In this document: positions 6,692 through 6,988 of the stretch, piece by piece | Layout of the letters: each line of letters starts with the position of its first letter | Position numbering within the stretch: position 1 is the stretch's first letter | Assembly: GCA_051294375.1 (NCBI GenBank) | Contig: JBJCIZ010001562.1 | Coordinates: 1 to 6,988 of the forward strand | Reading direction: 5' to 3' | Length of the DNA: 6,988 nt | Origin: Paraspadella gotoi | Lineage: Eukaryota; Animalia; Chaetognatha | Notes under the pieces: model-generated | What the model saw: only the letters and a program-made list of their open reading frames with translations | Databases searched by the model: none | What the model was told of the DNA's origin: nothing | Translations under genes and position numbers: made by a program

Positions 6692-6719
6692 ATCCTTCAT
6701 GCAGGATGGAATCAACTGC
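6656..6719. repeat. Long imperfect palindrome/hairpin centred on TACA (6686-6689)
   Basis: GCAG.TGA.TCCATC.TGCA.GGAGGATAG-TACA-CTATCCTTC.TGCA.GATGGA.TCA.CTGC; the arms pair with four single purine-purine mismatches and one G-T. Confidence 0.8.
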
Positions 6720-6822
6720 GAGGGTGAGTTGAGGTTTCTCGTTCGGGATGAATAGGTTACTGAAGGGTTGGACGTAGTACAATCTTTATTACCATTGTGT
6801 TTTGGTTTGCACTAATTTTGAT

Positions 6823-6854
6823 CCCCCACCCACACCCCCCTTTTTTTTTTTTTT
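6823..6854 (+). repeat. C-rich run followed by T14 (polypyrimidine tract) between the two direct repeats
   Basis: CCCCCACCCACACCCCCC (6823-6840) then 14 T (6841-6854). Confidence 0.85.
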
Positions 6855-6895
6855 CGGCTGCGGTGTTCCCACCTTGCATCGCTGCCGATCCTTCG

Positions 6896-6960
6896 CCTTG
6901 CGCCCATCTCTTATCCAGGAGCAGGTGAGTCCATCGTGCCAGGGGAGGCATAGTAACACT
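6896..6960 (+). repeat. Direct repeat, terminal copy (B2); probable right end of the element
   Basis: 44-bp exact match to 6631-6674, then CAGGGGAGGCATAGTAACACT versus AGGGAGGATAGTACACT (four single-base insertions), then divergence. Confidence 0.85.
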
Positions 6961-6988
6961 GTCGTTTTGGGCGGCGCTCAGCACGAGG

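Larger units (their letters stand above)
1..6960 (+). mobile_element. Tyrosine-recombinase retrotransposon (DIRS order; ALOG-integrase-bearing, PAT-like split-direct-repeat architecture); 5' end probably outside the window
   Basis: Same-strand order gag(CCHC) - RT/RNase H/MT/SGNH - tyrosine recombinase, with no DDE integrase or protease recognised. Direct repeat 6631-6674 = 6896-6939 at the 3' end. The right boundary is inferred from where the second repeat copy stops resembling the first (~6960). Confidence 0.93.

Noticed and set aside
6785-6854. Minus-strand poly(A) tail of an inserted retrocopy (A14 with AATAAA)
   Set aside because: On the minus strand the AATAAA (6790-6785) lies downstream of the A14 rather than upstream, and no target-site duplication is evident.
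6631-6939. LTR pair of an LTR retrotransposon
   Set aside because: Both copies lie 3' of the ORFs, there are no TG..CA ends, and the element has a tyrosine recombinase rather than a DDE integrase.
6530-6984. Short ORFs in the 3' terminal region
   Set aside because: They overlap repeats, the palindrome and homopolymer runs, with no coding signal.

Overview
The window is almost entirely one apparently intact eukaryotic tyrosine-recombinase retrotransposon (DIRS order, ALOG-integrase type), on the + strand. It carries a Gag-like gene with a SAM-like N-terminus and a CCHC knuckle, split by a probable 55-nt spliceosomal intron. A Pol ORF follows (RT with WIDD, RNase H, N6-adenine-methyltransferase-like domain, SGNH hydrolase), then an overlapping ALOG + tyrosine recombinase ORF. 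The 3' end has a 44-bp direct repeat consistent with split direct repeats, overlapping a long imperfect palindrome that may be the recombination junction. The expected left-end repeat is not in the window. The least explained part is the ~1-kb gag-pol spacer: it is densely self-complementary and contains about nine stem-loops that share a GAC-NNA-GGGC apical loop on stems of different sequence. The last of these covers a candidate pol start codon and splice donor, just upstream of an AATAAA. Candidate phase-0 splice acceptors open the Gag C-terminus, Pol and the recombinase, suggesting an alternative-splicing expression programme. All calls are by eye; no searches or folding programs were run.
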